Assembly: GCA_007376145.1 (NCBI GenBank)
Contig: VMFP01000004.1
Span: forward strand, 6,988-70,987
Source of the DNA: Parcubacteria group bacterium Gr01-1014_38
GTDB taxonomy: Bacteria; Patescibacteriota; Andersenbacteria; UBA10190; CAIZMI01
DNA: 64,000 nucleotides
Direction: 5' to 3'
Numbering within the stretch: position 1 is the first letter of the stretch; the number at the start of each line of letters is the position of its first letter. Positions 18,562 through 28,845 of the stretch are shown here, in pieces. The translations under genes were made by a program, and so were the position numbers. Under the pieces are notes generated by a model that saw nothing but the letters and a program-made list of their open reading frames with translations, did no database searches and was not told the origin of the DNA.

Positions 18562-18634
18562 TGATTCCCGAGGCGCCGTTGGGTGCCGAAACCCCCGCAG
18601 TCTCCACTGGGGGGTTTTCCTATTTACTCGGAAG

Positions 18635-20101
18635 CTACCCGCGAACAAGCCCCCGTGCCACCGAATCAATGGTGCCGGCGCCGGTAAGCAACAACACATC
18701 GTCCGGACGCGCCTGCTGTCGGAGCAGTGCTTCAACCTCCGGAAGCGTCGCCGCATAGTGTGCCTCGGTTCCCAGCGCGCGAAGCTCGTCCACCCAGCCT
18801 CTGGTCGTGACACGAAGTGCCGCATCCTCCCGGCCCGCAACGTCGTAGACTTCGGCAAGCAGGACCGCGTCGAACAGCGCCAGGGCCTTCACGAATTCGG
18901 CGTGGAAGACAGCGGTCCGCGCCCGGTGGTGCGGCTGGAAAACCATGACCAGGCGTCGCTTTGGATACCGCTGGCGCGCGGCTTGGGCGAGCGCGCGGAG
19001 TTCCGTGGGATGGTGTGCGTAATCCGAAATGACCGGAGCCCCGTTGAGATCTCCGACTCTTTCAAATCGCCGCCAGATGCCACGGAATTGCTCGAGGGCG
19101 CGACGGACATCCTCCGGCGACACGTGAAACGGAAACGTCGCGGCAATGGCCCCTGTCGCGTTCAACACCACATGCCGGCCCGGAACCGGGAGCGCGAAGA
19201 TGCCCCAGTCTGTTCCGTGCACGGTGAGACGAAACGTTTGCCGGCCATTCTCAACTATGGGTTCAGAAGCGTGGACATCAGCGTCTCGCATATCTTCCCC
19301 AACGCCGTACGTGACGAGCTGAATTCCAGGCGGGACATGCGCGCGAAGTACGAGTGCTGCAGGATCCGCGGCGGACAACACCACGGTGCCGCCTGGGCCA
19401 ACGCGCCGGAGAAAGTCCACAAACGCCGCGGAGTACTCGGCAACCGTCGGGTAGGAATCCACGTGGTCGTGATCGAGCGAGGTCACCAGCGCGACCGTCG
19501 GCGCGAGATACAAGAAATGTCCCTGGTACTCATCGGCCTCCACGACGGCGAGGTCAGACTGCCCAAGGCGAAAATTGCCTACTGCCCGCTGCCTGTTTCC
19601 TGTTGCCTGCTCCCACTGCGGAACCAAGCTGCCGACAACCACTGTGGGATCATGTTTTGCCGCTTCCAGAATAAGCCCGGCGATGGCGGTGGTCGTGGAT
19701 TTTCCATGCGACCCGGCAATGGCCACCGTCCGCAGCGGCTTTGTCAGTTCTCCTAAGAGTTCAGCATACGAACGTTCTTGAATACCACGGGTCTGCGCAG
19801 CAGCACGAATTGGATGATCCGTCGGAACCGCATCAGAGTACATGAGCAGTCCGGTGTCGGCCGGGCAGTCCTTGACCTCGCCGATGTCCACGCGGATGCC
19901 AGTGCGGGCCAGCGCCTCCGTCACGGGAGATGCCTCGCGGTCAGTGCCCGCGACCGTCCATCCTTGTGTGTGCAGCCACTGCGCCGCCGCGGAAGCTCCA
20001 ATGCCTCCGATCCCGACGATGTAGGCGTGCCGGACTTGCTTACCCTGGTCCTGCACGGAATTCCGGTGAGCCTGTGATTGCTCCAGACGCTCGGTCCCCA
20101 T
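18635..20101 (-). CDS. murC: UDP-N-acetylmuramate--L-alanine ligase
   Basis: Mur ligase motifs (IVGIGGIG…, GSHGKSTTTA). Confidence 0.9.
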   Translation of the reverse strand: MGTERLEQSQAHRNSVQDQGKQVRHAYIVGIGGIGASAAAQWLHTQGWTVAGTDREASPVTEALARTGIRVDIGEVKDCPADTGLLMYSDAVPTDHPIRAAAQTRGIQERSYAELLGELTKPLRTVAIAGSHGKSTTTAIAGLILEAAKHDPTVVVGSLVPQWEQATGNRQRAVGNFRLGQSDLAVVEADEYQGHFLYLAPTVALVTSLDHDHVDSYPTVAEYSAAFVDFLRRVGPGGTVVLSAADPAALVLRAHVPPGIQLVTYGVGEDMRDADVHASEPIVENGRQTFRLTVHGTDWGIFALPVPGRHVVLNATGAIAATFPFHVSPEDVRRALEQFRGIWRRFERVGDLNGAPVISDYAHHPTELRALAQAARQRYPKRRLVMVFQPHHRARTAVFHAEFVKALALFDAVLLAEVYDVAGREDAALRVTTRGWVDELRALGTEAHYAATLPEVEALLRQQARPDDVLLLTGAGTIDSVARGLVRG

Positions 20102-20128
20102 GGGTGGCTGAGCGTAGCAGGAAGCTCG

Positions 20129-21313
20129 TCAGCTCGCGAGTACCTGTCGCGGCACTCGGCCGCGCGTCATTTCAACGAGGATGGTGGCAAGGTCTTCCGC
20201 GGCTGTCGGCCGGTGGAGGAGTCGCACCCGCTCGGCCATGACGTGGAGATCTTGCGGGTTCGTGAGGAGGCGCTTGATGGTCGAATAAAAGACCGACGGG
20301 GTGAGGTTACTTTCGTCGAGGACGACCGCGGCCCCCTGCTCGCGGAAGAAGTAGGCGTTTTCCCACTGGTGCTGTTGCGCCGCCTCGCGGAGGGGGATGA
20401 GTACGGACGGCTTTCCTGCGGCGGCAATTTCCGCAAGAGTCGTTCCGCCTGCCCGGCTAATGACGATATCCGCCGCGGCGAACGAGCGTGCCATGTCCTG
20501 CTCGGGAAGGAACCCGACCACGTGGTAGTCCTCGACGCCGGGAAACTGCCGAAGATCCTTCAGGGTGAAATCCCGGATCGCCGCGAGGTTCTGTTCCCCG
20601 ACTTGATGGAGGATTTGAACCTCGGGGAGGAGCCGCGTGAGGTTGGTCAGGAGGACCGTGTTGATCCGCTGGGCGCCCTGACTCCCGCCCGTGACGAAGA
20701 GCACCGGTTTCCGACCGTGCAATCCTAATCGCTGCCGGGCGACATCCGAAGATTCCAGCTGCCGAAACGCCGGGCGAAGCGGCGTGCCGACCGCGAGCGC
20801 CTTTCCCGCGGGGAACGCGTTCTCTGCTTCCCGAAACCCGACCGCAATGGCCGACGCGAAGCGGGCAAAGCGCCGGTTCACGAGGCCCGGCACGATGTCG
20901 GTTTCGTGGATGAGAATCGGAATGCGGTACACCCACGCCGCGAGCATGACGGGAACCGCACCATAGCCGCCTTTACTGAAGACCACGTCCGGCATGATGA
21001 AGAAGAGCGTCCAGAGCGCGCGGAACAGTCCGACCGGCAAGCGAAACGTGAGGTCAATGACGGTCAGCGGTGCTCCGGAGAGGTACCGTCGGATCTTCCC
21101 GGACGGGACGTGGCGGTACGGAATGCCTGCAGCCTCCAGGGCCGTCCGGTCTGTCTCGGTGACGACGCCGACGTACACGAGCTCGAGCGGAGGATCGTCC
21201 GGTTCGAAATCCGGCAGCGTGCCGCGCGCCTCCCATTCCCGTAAGACTCCGCTGATCGCAAGAAGCGGCGTCAGATGGCCCCCGCTCCCACCGCCAGTGA
21301 GAACAACCCGCAT
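20129..21313 (-). CDS. murG: undecaprenyldiphospho-muramoylpentapeptide beta-N-acetylglucosaminyltransferase
   Basis: MRVVLTGGGSGGHLTPLLA… and C-terminal GT28 domain. Confidence 0.9.
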   Translation of the reverse strand: MRVVLTGGGSGGHLTPLLAISGVLREWEARGTLPDFEPDDPPLELVYVGVVTETDRTALEAAGIPYRHVPSGKIRRYLSGAPLTVIDLTFRLPVGLFRALWTLFFIMPDVVFSKGGYGAVPVMLAAWVYRIPILIHETDIVPGLVNRRFARFASAIAVGFREAENAFPAGKALAVGTPLRPAFRQLESSDVARQRLGLHGRKPVLFVTGGSQGAQRINTVLLTNLTRLLPEVQILHQVGEQNLAAIRDFTLKDLRQFPGVEDYHVVGFLPEQDMARSFAAADIVISRAGGTTLAEIAAAGKPSVLIPLREAAQQHQWENAYFFREQGAAVVLDESNLTPSVFYSTIKRLLTNPQDLHVMAERVRLLHRPTAAEDLATILVEMTRGRVPRQVLAS

Positions 21314-21386
21314 GACGTTCAGCGTACTGCGGAGTCCTCTGCGGGTACAGCCGGGCGGAAGAAACGCGAGATTTCTTCCACCCGGA

Positions 21387-22481
21387 TTACTGATGCGCGT
21401 ACTTGGAGATGTTCAGAAGAATCCCGACTCCCGCGAGTGCGACCACCAGTGCGGATCCGCCGTAGGAGATGAGCGGGAGCGGAATGCCGGTCAGGGGAAT
21501 GAGACCGGCGTTCGCCCCCATGTGAACGACGGCCTGCACAAAAAACCAGGAGGTAATGCCCACGGCGACGAGACGCCCGAAAGGATCGGCACAGGTGCGG
21601 GCGATGCGGTACCCCCGGAGAACGATGAACGCATACAGGAGGAGAAAGAGAAGCATCCGAATGAAGCCGAGCTCTTCAGCGGCGATCGCGAAGATGGCAT
21701 CCCCGGCCGGCTCCGGAAGATAGCGGAACTTCTGTCGACTCCGTCCAATCCCGAATCCCCAAAGACCCCCCGAGCCGATCGCGAGGAGAGCCTGTTGCAC
21801 CTGGTAGCCGATACCCTTCGGGTCAGTCTCGGGGCGCAAAAAGGTAATAAGTCGGGCTACCCGGTAGGGCGCGGAGCGGACGAGAACGACGAAGAGCACG
21901 GCAGCAACCATTGCCATGCTGACCAACTGCGAGAGCGGTGCTCCTGCCGCCGCGTAGGTGAGCATCGCGGCAGCGATGATGAGGACGAGCGTTCCGATGT
22001 TGGGCTGCTTGATGAGGAGGACCGCGATGAAACCGACGACCACGACGAAGGGGAGAAGCGTCTCGCGGACGTGCCCTCGGCGCACGTCCCGTCCGGCGAG
22101 GAGCGCCGCCAGGTACAGAATGAGGGCGAGCTTGGCGAGTTCGGCGGGCTGGATCGTGACTGGCCCGAGGCGGACCCACCGCGCGGCACCGCTGGAGGCG
22201 GTTTGAAAAGGGGGAATGAACACCAACACGAGCAGGACGATCACGACGAGGAGGAAGGGAATCACAATCTTGCGGAGAAACCGGTAGGGAATGTTCATCA
22301 TGACCAAAAGCGCCCCAAGCCCCGGGAGTACGCCGAAGATGATTTGGTGTTTCGCGAACGTGTACGGGTCGCCGGTCAAGTCAATGCCCAGCACGCTACT
22401 CGCGGAGGCCAGGAGGAGAATACCGAATGCCGTGACGGCAAGAACGGCGAGGAGAAGCAGGAGGTCGGGGTGTGCGCGCAT
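21387..22481 (-). CDS. ftsW: SEDS-family cell division protein FtsW/RodA
   Basis: Ten-TM SEDS pattern (…PAELAKLALILYLA…, …GIPLPLISYGGSAL…). Confidence 0.9.
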   Translation of the reverse strand: MRAHPDLLLLLAVLAVTAFGILLLASASSVLGIDLTGDPYTFAKHQIIFGVLPGLGALLVMMNIPYRFLRKIVIPFLLVVIVLLVLVFIPPFQTASSGAARWVRLGPVTIQPAELAKLALILYLAALLAGRDVRRGHVRETLLPFVVVVGFIAVLLIKQPNIGTLVLIIAAAMLTYAAAGAPLSQLVSMAMVAAVLFVVLVRSAPYRVARLITFLRPETDPKGIGYQVQQALLAIGSGGLWGFGIGRSRQKFRYLPEPAGDAIFAIAAEELGFIRMLLFLLLYAFIVLRGYRIARTCADPFGRLVAVGITSWFFVQAVVHMGANAGLIPLTGIPLPLISYGGSALVVALAGVGILLNISKYAHQ

Positions 22482-22495
22482 GCGCGGACGTGGTC

Positions 22496-23905
22496 TTATC
22501 CTAGCGCGTGAACGGCAGCACGGAATTGATCGCCGCGGTCAAACTCGTCTCGGAAGAGCTCAAAAGACGCGGCTCCGGGAGAAAGCAGGATGACATCGCC
22601 GGGCCGGGAGACTGTCCACGCCTGCTCGACGGCAGCAGACATCGTGCGAACTGCAGGAGACTCGTTTCGCAGTGGGATGTTTCCCAGCGCCGACCGGATT
22701 TTTTCAGTTGCGGACCCTTCGAGAAAAACGATCGCACGGAGATTGTCTGCGGACTGGAGGGCTCCCGCCAGGCTGCGAAAATCGAGATTCTTATCCGTTC
22801 CTCCGGCAATGAGGACGACACGCTGTGTGGGGAAGGCGTTGAGCGCCGCGATAACCGCTTCCGGGATGGTCGCCGCCGTGTCGTTTACAAAGGTCCGGCC
22901 GCTGACCGCGCCGATAATCTCAAGTCGGTTGGGAAGCCCGCGGAACGTTCGAAGGACTTCACGGACATCGGTTGGCGAGGCTCCCATCTCCAGCGCGAGC
23001 AGGGCACCCGCCAGCAGATTTCGCTTCGAGTGTTCCCCCACTCCACACAGATCCTCCCATGGAAGAAATAACTCATCGAGCTCCGGTGTGCGCCGAAGCA
23101 CAGAGTTCCCGACACGGAATAAGCCTGTGGTGTACTCATCCGTCTGCTCGGCAACACCAAACCAGACGACCCGCGCTGCTGTCTTCTTGGCAAACTTCTG
23201 TCCCCACGGATCATCTGCGGGGAGAATTGCCACGTCGTCTGCACGCTGATGCGTCACGATGGTCTCCTTCGCGGCGACATACGCTTCGAACGAGGGGTAC
23301 CGGTTCAGGTGGTCGGGGAGTATGCAGGTGAGGAGTGCCCAGTGCGGACTCATCCCAAAGGGTTCGAGTCCTTCGAGTTGCCAGCTCGAGAGTTCCAGCA
23401 CCACGGGCGTGTCCGGACGAATGCGCTCGAGGTCCGCCAGTGGCGATCGGCCGATATTCCCAGCGATGACGGTCTCCGGCCGAGCTCGACGGAGGATCTC
23501 ACCCGCGACCGCAACGGTCGTCGATTTCCCTCGCGTCCCGGTCACGCCGGCGATCGGCGCGGGGCAGAACTGGAAGAAGAGCGTGCTGTCCATGACCACG
23601 GGGATGCCACTCTCCGCGGCGATCTTCAGGAACGGGGACTCGAGAGGTACGGCAGGATTACGGACCACGAGATCGGCAGAGCGGAAATCGTCGGGTCGGT
23701 GTTGCCCAAGTATGTACGTCACCGGAAGGTCACGGAGTTCAGCGAGAGACGCCTGCAACTCCACGTCCGATTCTTGGTCCGTGACGACGACGTGCGCTCC
23801 CTGATGGACGAGCCACTTCACGACTTCCAAGCCCCCGCCTTTGGTACCAAGCCCCATGACCAAAACCCTCTTCCCTCGCACTGCGGCGGGAGACGACGGC
23901 AACAT
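22496..23905 (-). CDS. murD: UDP-N-acetylmuramoylalanine--D-glutamate ligase
   Basis: Start ATG at 23905 overlaps the mraY stop (ATGA). Motifs KRVLVMGLG, GVTGTRGKSTT. Confidence 0.9.
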   Translation of the reverse strand: MLPSSPAAVRGKRVLVMGLGTKGGGLEVVKWLVHQGAHVVVTDQESDVELQASLAELRDLPVTYILGQHRPDDFRSADLVVRNPAVPLESPFLKIAAESGIPVVMDSTLFFQFCPAPIAGVTGTRGKSTTVAVAGEILRRARPETVIAGNIGRSPLADLERIRPDTPVVLELSSWQLEGLEPFGMSPHWALLTCILPDHLNRYPSFEAYVAAKETIVTHQRADDVAILPADDPWGQKFAKKTAARVVWFGVAEQTDEYTTGLFRVGNSVLRRTPELDELFLPWEDLCGVGEHSKRNLLAGALLALEMGASPTDVREVLRTFRGLPNRLEIIGAVSGRTFVNDTAATIPEAVIAALNAFPTQRVVLIAGGTDKNLDFRSLAGALQSADNLRAIVFLEGSATEKIRSALGNIPLRNESPAVRTMSAAVEQAWTVSRPGDVILLSPGAASFELFRDEFDRGDQFRAAVHALG

Positions 23906-24972
23906 TAGAACTTCCCTGCCCCCAGGATGCCGAGGATGGTCCCGAGCGAAGCAGACACGGCAGCGAGAATCCAAAACCGCATCGTGACTTTCGTCTCCGG
24001 CCAGCCGGTTGCTTCGAAGTGGTGATGGATCGGAGTACTCAAAAAGACTTTCTTCCCACGGAGTTTCTTGGCGGCAACCTGGATAATGACAGAGAGGGAT
24101 TCGACGACGAGTGGAAAGGCAATGATCGGGAGTACGAGCGCGGAGTTCGTGAGCATCGCCATGATGCCGAGCGTGACCCCGAGACTCATGGAGCCGGTAT
24201 CACCCATGAAGAATCGTGCGGGGTACACGTTGAACCACAAAAACGCGAGGAGTGCACCGATGATCACTGCGCAGAACGCCGCGAGGTCCGTGAGCCCTTT
24301 CGTGAACGCGATCGCGGCGTAGGCGCCGAAGCAAAAGAGGAGGATGCCGCCGGCGAGCCCGTCGAGTCCGTCGGCCTCGTTGACCGAAAACGCCGTGGCG
24401 ACGACCACGAGAATGAAGAGGGGGATGTACCACCCGCCGATGACGAAATCGCCGAACGCGGGAACATGGATGCGGTCCCAGCCGAGCTTCACGAAGAACC
24501 ACCAGGCCCCGATGCTCGCAATGGCGGCGTAGAGGAAGAGGCGGTGGCGCATCCGTAAGCCACCACCGAAGGGAGAAATGCGCCGGACATCCCAGTAGTC
24601 GTCGACGAGACCGACCACGGCAGAGGCAATGAGTGCCGCCAGCGGCAGGACGGTTTCGCGCCGCGAGAGAAACGAGAGAAAATTCAGAAGCGGAGAGCTC
24701 GTCAGCGTCGCCGAAATAAGCAACCCGAAGGCAAGAAGCCCGGTCGTCGCCCAGATCAGAACGCCGCCGCCCGTCGGCGTTCCCTCTTTCTTCTTGTGGA
24801 GACTCGCGAACACCGGAACGCCGGCCGTGCGAATGCTCTTTGCGAAGCGGTACTTGTACAGCACGTGGGAAAGGAACGGTGTACCGAGCATGGCGATGAC
24901 GAAGGCGAGCGCGCCAAGACCAACCACGCGCGCAGCATCTGCGACTAAGCCGGGATCAGAGAAGCGAATCAT
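23905..24972 (-). CDS. mraY: phospho-N-acetylmuramoyl-pentapeptide-transferase
   Basis: MraY family polytopic protein (…NEADGLDGLAGG…, …FMGDTGS…). Confidence 0.95.
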   Translation of the reverse strand: MIRFSDPGLVADAARVVGLGALAFVIAMLGTPFLSHVLYKYRFAKSIRTAGVPVFASLHKKKEGTPTGGGVLIWATTGLLAFGLLISATLTSSPLLNFLSFLSRRETVLPLAALIASAVVGLVDDYWDVRRISPFGGGLRMRHRLFLYAAIASIGAWWFFVKLGWDRIHVPAFGDFVIGGWYIPLFILVVVATAFSVNEADGLDGLAGGILLFCFGAYAAIAFTKGLTDLAAFCAVIIGALLAFLWFNVYPARFFMGDTGSMSLGVTLGIMAMLTNSALVLPIIAFPLVVESLSVIIQVAAKKLRGKKVFLSTPIHHHFEATGWPETKVTMRFWILAAVSASLGTILGILGAGKF

Positions 24973-25030
24973 ACTCGGGTGGGAACCTTACGCTTCCCCC
25001 TCCGGGATCCCCGTAGGATTCGCGCTGTAT

Positions 25031-25963
25031 TCATTGATTCGACTCCTCCGGCCACTGGTACGCCCAGAACGTCCAATTGAGAAGGTTCTCCACATCCGTG
25101 AACCGGTCGGTACTGCCGAGGATCACGGTAGCCACGAGATGCCCCTCGGACGACTCCGCCATGACGGCGAGATTCTCCCCCGCCGCTTCGGTAAAGCCGG
25201 TCTTCCCTCCGAGGATGTCGGTGCGCACTCCGAGGAGACGGTTTGTGGTGCGGAGCACGTGCGGCTGCCCCGCGCGTGAGGTAATGGTAAGCTCCTCCAT
25301 CCGCAGGAAGGGACCAATGACCGGGTCTTGCCAGGCCACCGTCAGGACTGCCGCCACGTCGGACGCGGTCGAGAAGTGCGTCACGCTGTCGAACCCGGTC
25401 GCATTCACGAAGCGCGTGCGGGTAAGACCGAGCGCACGGGCTGTTTCCTCCATGCGGTCGGCAAACGTCGCTTCATCCCCGCTGACATGTTCTGCCAGCG
25501 CCACGGCCGCATCGTTCGCGGATGTGATGAGGAGCGCCGCGAGGAGATCGCGCACGGTGAAGCGCTCGCCCGCGCGCAGCTCGGCATCTGCGCCACGGCG
25601 CCCGGCGGCGATGGCCCGCGGATGTACCGTAACCTCCGCATCGAAGTCCGCGTGCCGGAGGACCGTGAGTGCGGTAAGAATTTTCGTGAGGCTTGCGACG
25701 GACCGAATAGCCGATGGTTCCCGAGCAGCGAGGACCCGCCCCGACTCGACGTCGACCACGATGAATGATACGGCGTGGAGCACCGGACCCAACGTCTCTT
25801 GGATAGGGCGGGGGCCGTCACCGGATGTCCGGGCTGCTTCGGCGAGGAGAACGCGACCTTCGGGAGCAAATTCACTCAAGACACGCCCCGGGTCATCGAG
25901 CCGCTCTGGCGGGGGCGCATTGAGAAACAGCGCGATGATGGCGGTGAGAAGATGCGCGAGCAT
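25031..25963 (-). CDS. serine-type D-Ala-D-Ala carboxypeptidase (PBP5-like)
   Basis: SxxK (ASLTKIL), SxN (ITSAND) and KTG (GGKTGFT) motifs. Confidence 0.8.
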   Translation of the reverse strand: MLAHLLTAIIALFLNAPPPERLDDPGRVLSEFAPEGRVLLAEAARTSGDGPRPIQETLGPVLHAVSFIVVDVESGRVLAAREPSAIRSVASLTKILTALTVLRHADFDAEVTVHPRAIAAGRRGADAELRAGERFTVRDLLAALLITSANDAAVALAEHVSGDEATFADRMEETARALGLTRTRFVNATGFDSVTHFSTASDVAAVLTVAWQDPVIGPFLRMEELTITSRAGQPHVLRTTNRLLGVRTDILGGKTGFTEAAGENLAVMAESSEGHLVATVILGSTDRFTDVENLLNWTFWAYQWPEESNQ

Positions 25964-26002
25964 GATGACGACGATGCGGAAGAGGCGCCGGGTGGCGGAG
26001 GA

Positions 26003-26572
26003 CTACGTCGGGGATCCGGGAGCGGACGATCCGTCTGCCGCTTCGGTAAGCGTCGTCATACCGGCGTGCGCATGGAGCTGCGCGTAGTCGGGAAGCTCGT
26101 CCACCGCAGTCACCCCGAGATGTCGGAGGAACTCCGCGCTCACCTGGTACACGAACGAGCGCCGATCCTTCGGGTGGGGCTCACGGGTGACCAGCCCGCG
26201 GAGCGCTAAGAGTCGCAAGGTGAAGGAGGAATTCACGCCCCGGATCGCCTCAATGCCGGCGCGACTGATGGGGCCCCGGTAGGCAATGAGAGCGAGCGTT
26301 TCGGCTGCCGCTGGCGTCAGCCGCTCCCGAATGCTGTGAGTGACAAATGCCTCGACTGCTTCGTGTGCCTCGGGGACGGTCACGAGCTGAACGCCTTCGG
26401 GAGAGCGAAGGAGACGAATGCCGGTGGCCGTGGCCTCGTACCGCTTCTCGAGGGCGGTCAGCGCACCGCGAAGGCCTTCCTGCGAAACATTGAACGCGCG
26501 CGCCAGCGTGAGCAACGGCACCGGCTCGCCCGCGACAAAAAGCGCTGCTTCGAGTTGCGTCGAGAGTTCCAT
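26003..26572 (-). CDS. scpB: segregation and condensation protein B
   Basis: ScpB winged-helix tandem (LEAALFVAGEPVPL…). Confidence 0.85.
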   Translation of the reverse strand: MELSTQLEAALFVAGEPVPLLTLARAFNVSQEGLRGALTALEKRYEATATGIRLLRSPEGVQLVTVPEAHEAVEAFVTHSIRERLTPAAAETLALIAYRGPISRAGIEAIRGVNSSFTLRLLALRGLVTREPHPKDRRSFVYQVSAEFLRHLGVTAVDELPDYAQLHAHAGMTTLTEAADGSSAPGSPT

Positions 26573-26575
26573 ACC

Positions 26576-27328
26576 CTATTCCGCCTGCTCCGTCGGGCGT
26601 GTCACCAGTATATCGTGAAAGGCTTGAGGCTGCTCGACCGCCACGAGACGCTGTTTCACGAGCTCGAGAAGCGCAAGAAAGGACACGATCACGTCCAACT
26701 TTGACGTGGTGGAGGACCGCACGATCTCAAACGTGATCCGCGCGTGCTCGGTCAGCCGCTGCTGGATATCCCGGATCCGCTCTTCGATGGATACCACACG
26801 GCGGAGGACGTCCTGCGGGAGGACGTCGAGCCGCGGCAGATTCTGGAGAACGGTATCCATGGCGGCTCGGAGCGACGGGAGATCAACGTTCGACGGGGGA
26901 TAAAAGGTCACGGTGAGTCCAAGAAAACTCTCGCGCGCGTAGGAAACCAGACCTTGGTTCCACCGCTGGAGAAACGTCCGAGCGGCATCGCGAAACCTCC
27001 GGTACTCGCGCAGTTGCTCTTCCAGCGATGCGATGGATGCCTCCTCTTCTTCGCTCAAGGGAAGCTCCGGGAAAAGCTTTCGGCTCTTTAAGAGCAGGAG
27101 CGTTGCCGCCACCACGAGGAACTCGGCGAGGTGCTCGGGGGGAAGGTCGCTGACGCTGCGCAGACGCGCGAGATACTGGTCCGTTACCGAGGCGAGTGAA
27201 ATGGCGTTCACGTCGAGCTTGCCCTCCTCGATGAGGGACAACAGAAGATCAAGCGGGCCGCTGAAGCCAGGGACCGAGACGGGGTGAAGCGTGTACGGAG
27301 TTTCGGGGTCCGGGAGATCGTGTTCCAT
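26576..27328 (-). CDS. scpA: segregation and condensation protein A
   Basis: ScpA/kleisin N-terminal (FSGPLDLLLSLIEEGKLDVNAISLASVTDQYL). Confidence 0.85.
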   Translation of the reverse strand: MEHDLPDPETPYTLHPVSVPGFSGPLDLLLSLIEEGKLDVNAISLASVTDQYLARLRSVSDLPPEHLAEFLVVAATLLLLKSRKLFPELPLSEEEEASIASLEEQLREYRRFRDAARTFLQRWNQGLVSYARESFLGLTVTFYPPSNVDLPSLRAAMDTVLQNLPRLDVLPQDVLRRVVSIEERIRDIQQRLTEHARITFEIVRSSTTSKLDVIVSFLALLELVKQRLVAVEQPQAFHDILVTRPTEQAE

Positions 27329-27547
27329 ACCGAACAGGATACTGCACGTGTGGCGTGGTGACGACTCGGTACCGCATACTCGGATTGTCCCTGCGGTGGA
27401 CGCTCCGGCTCACGCGCGACGCGTTCGCCCAGGCTCCACTCGCACCGCTGCGGAGGATTCTCGAGGCCGCCTCTGGGACATCTCCTCGCCTCCGCTCCTC
27501 TCTCTAAAACCGCAGGCTCGTGAAGAGCGACAGCGGCGGAAGAACCC

Positions 27548-28363
27548 TCACGGCGCACGCCGGACGGGGGCGGCTCCCTCCCACCGGTACTTCCAGAAGT
27601 ACTTCGCTCCGGACGCGATATGGATGCGGGTGATGGGGTGAAAGAGGGCGGAAAGGCCCACCTCCTGCGCGGAGGCGCGCTTGTAGTAGTGCGCGAAACG
27701 GGCGTCCGGAACATACCAGACCTCGAAGCCTTTGTCCCAGAACCGGCGACACCAGTCCATGTCTTCGAAATAGAGAAAGAACCGTCTGTCCATTGTCCCG
27801 ACCTCCGCCATCGCAGACCGACGCACGAGCATGCAGGCTCCTAAGACCCAGTCCACGCGGCGCGCGCTCGTCCGGTCGTAGTCGCGCAACAGGACGTGCC
27901 GCAGGTGTCGGCGACCGAAGGTGAGCAACCCCAGCGGCGTCCGACGGGCGAGAATCGTGAAGGGACTGTAAAAACGAAAACAGGAATCCTGCACGCTCCC
28001 ATTCGGATTGAGAAGTTGACCGGCGAGCACCGCCGCCTGTGGATGGGAATGAGCAAACTCCAGGAGCTGGTCAATCGCCGGCTCCAGCACGATGATGTCG
28101 GGATTGAGAATGAGGAGAAACTCTCCCTGCGCAGCCTCGATCCCCGCATTCACTCCCCGGGCAAATCCGAGGTTCTCCGTCTGCGGGAGAAAACGGATGT
28201 CGGGTACTTCGGTCGCCAACAGCTCCTGACTGTCATCCGGGGAAGCATTGTCCACCACGATAACCTCATACAACGCGTGGGGTGCGCTCCGCCGAATGGA
28301 TTCCACGCACGCCTTCGCCAGCCGACCGGAGCCGTAGTTGACAATAATGATGGAGAGATCCAT
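27548..28363 (-). CDS. glycosyltransferase family 2
   Basis: MDLSIIIVNYGSGRL…VIVVDNASPDDS…, DxD region, GT-A fold. Confidence 0.85.
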   Translation of the reverse strand: MDLSIIIVNYGSGRLAKACVESIRRSAPHALYEVIVVDNASPDDSQELLATEVPDIRFLPQTENLGFARGVNAGIEAAQGEFLLILNPDIIVLEPAIDQLLEFAHSHPQAAVLAGQLLNPNGSVQDSCFRFYSPFTILARRTPLGLLTFGRRHLRHVLLRDYDRTSARRVDWVLGACMLVRRSAMAEVGTMDRRFFLYFEDMDWCRRFWDKGFEVWYVPDARFAHYYKRASAQEVGLSALFHPITRIHIASGAKYFWKYRWEGAAPVRRAP

Positions 28364-28435
28364 GATCTGCTCTGCCCTTTACCACAAGACGCCTTGCACG
28401 ACAAGCAAGGCTTCTCCCCCAAGCATGAAAGGAGA

Positions 28436-28786
28436 ATGAGCGTGTACCGGTTTTACGTTTACCGAGCCCACGAACCGCCGGATCCGGATTTCACTTATGC
28501 CTCGCTGTCGAACGTGCCCCCTGAAGAGAGAAGCGAAGATGCCGAGTACTCGTCGGTGGATATCGTTGAGATTCATGAGATCTCCAGAGACGGAAAGGTT
28601 CTCAATGCATTGATGTTTCTCAGCGAGGTCCTGTCCCAAGATCCCGAACATGAAATACTGCGCTTCCTCGAGCGGATCTTCGAGCGCGGCGTTCGCACGG
28701 GAGTTTGCCATGCCGACCGCCTTCGTGGAATTCAGTTCCAGTTTGAACGCGAGGACGCGGATGCGGATGAGGATCAGAGACCATGA
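28436..28786 (+). CDS. hypothetical small acidic protein (116 aa), opposite strand to flanking GT genes
   Basis: ATG at 28436 preceded by AAAGGAG (28428-28434). Competes with the antisense ORF 28379..28849; coding status is uncertain. Confidence 0.35.
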   Translation: MSVYRFYVYRAHEPPDPDFTYASLSNVPPEERSEDAEYSSVDIVEIHEISRDGKVLNALMFLSEVLSQDPEHEILRFLERIFERGVRTGVCHADRLRGIQFQFEREDADADEDQRP

Positions 28787-28845
28787 ACAGTCCACATCAA
28801 CGGCCTTCCCGTTAGTCCCGGGAAGGCTGTTTTCTCGCGGGTTGA

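Noticed and set aside
20994-22511. 505-aa plus-strand ORF
   Set aside because: Antisense to murG and ftsW, whose products are unambiguous. Charged, repetitive (RRDEDE…) composition.
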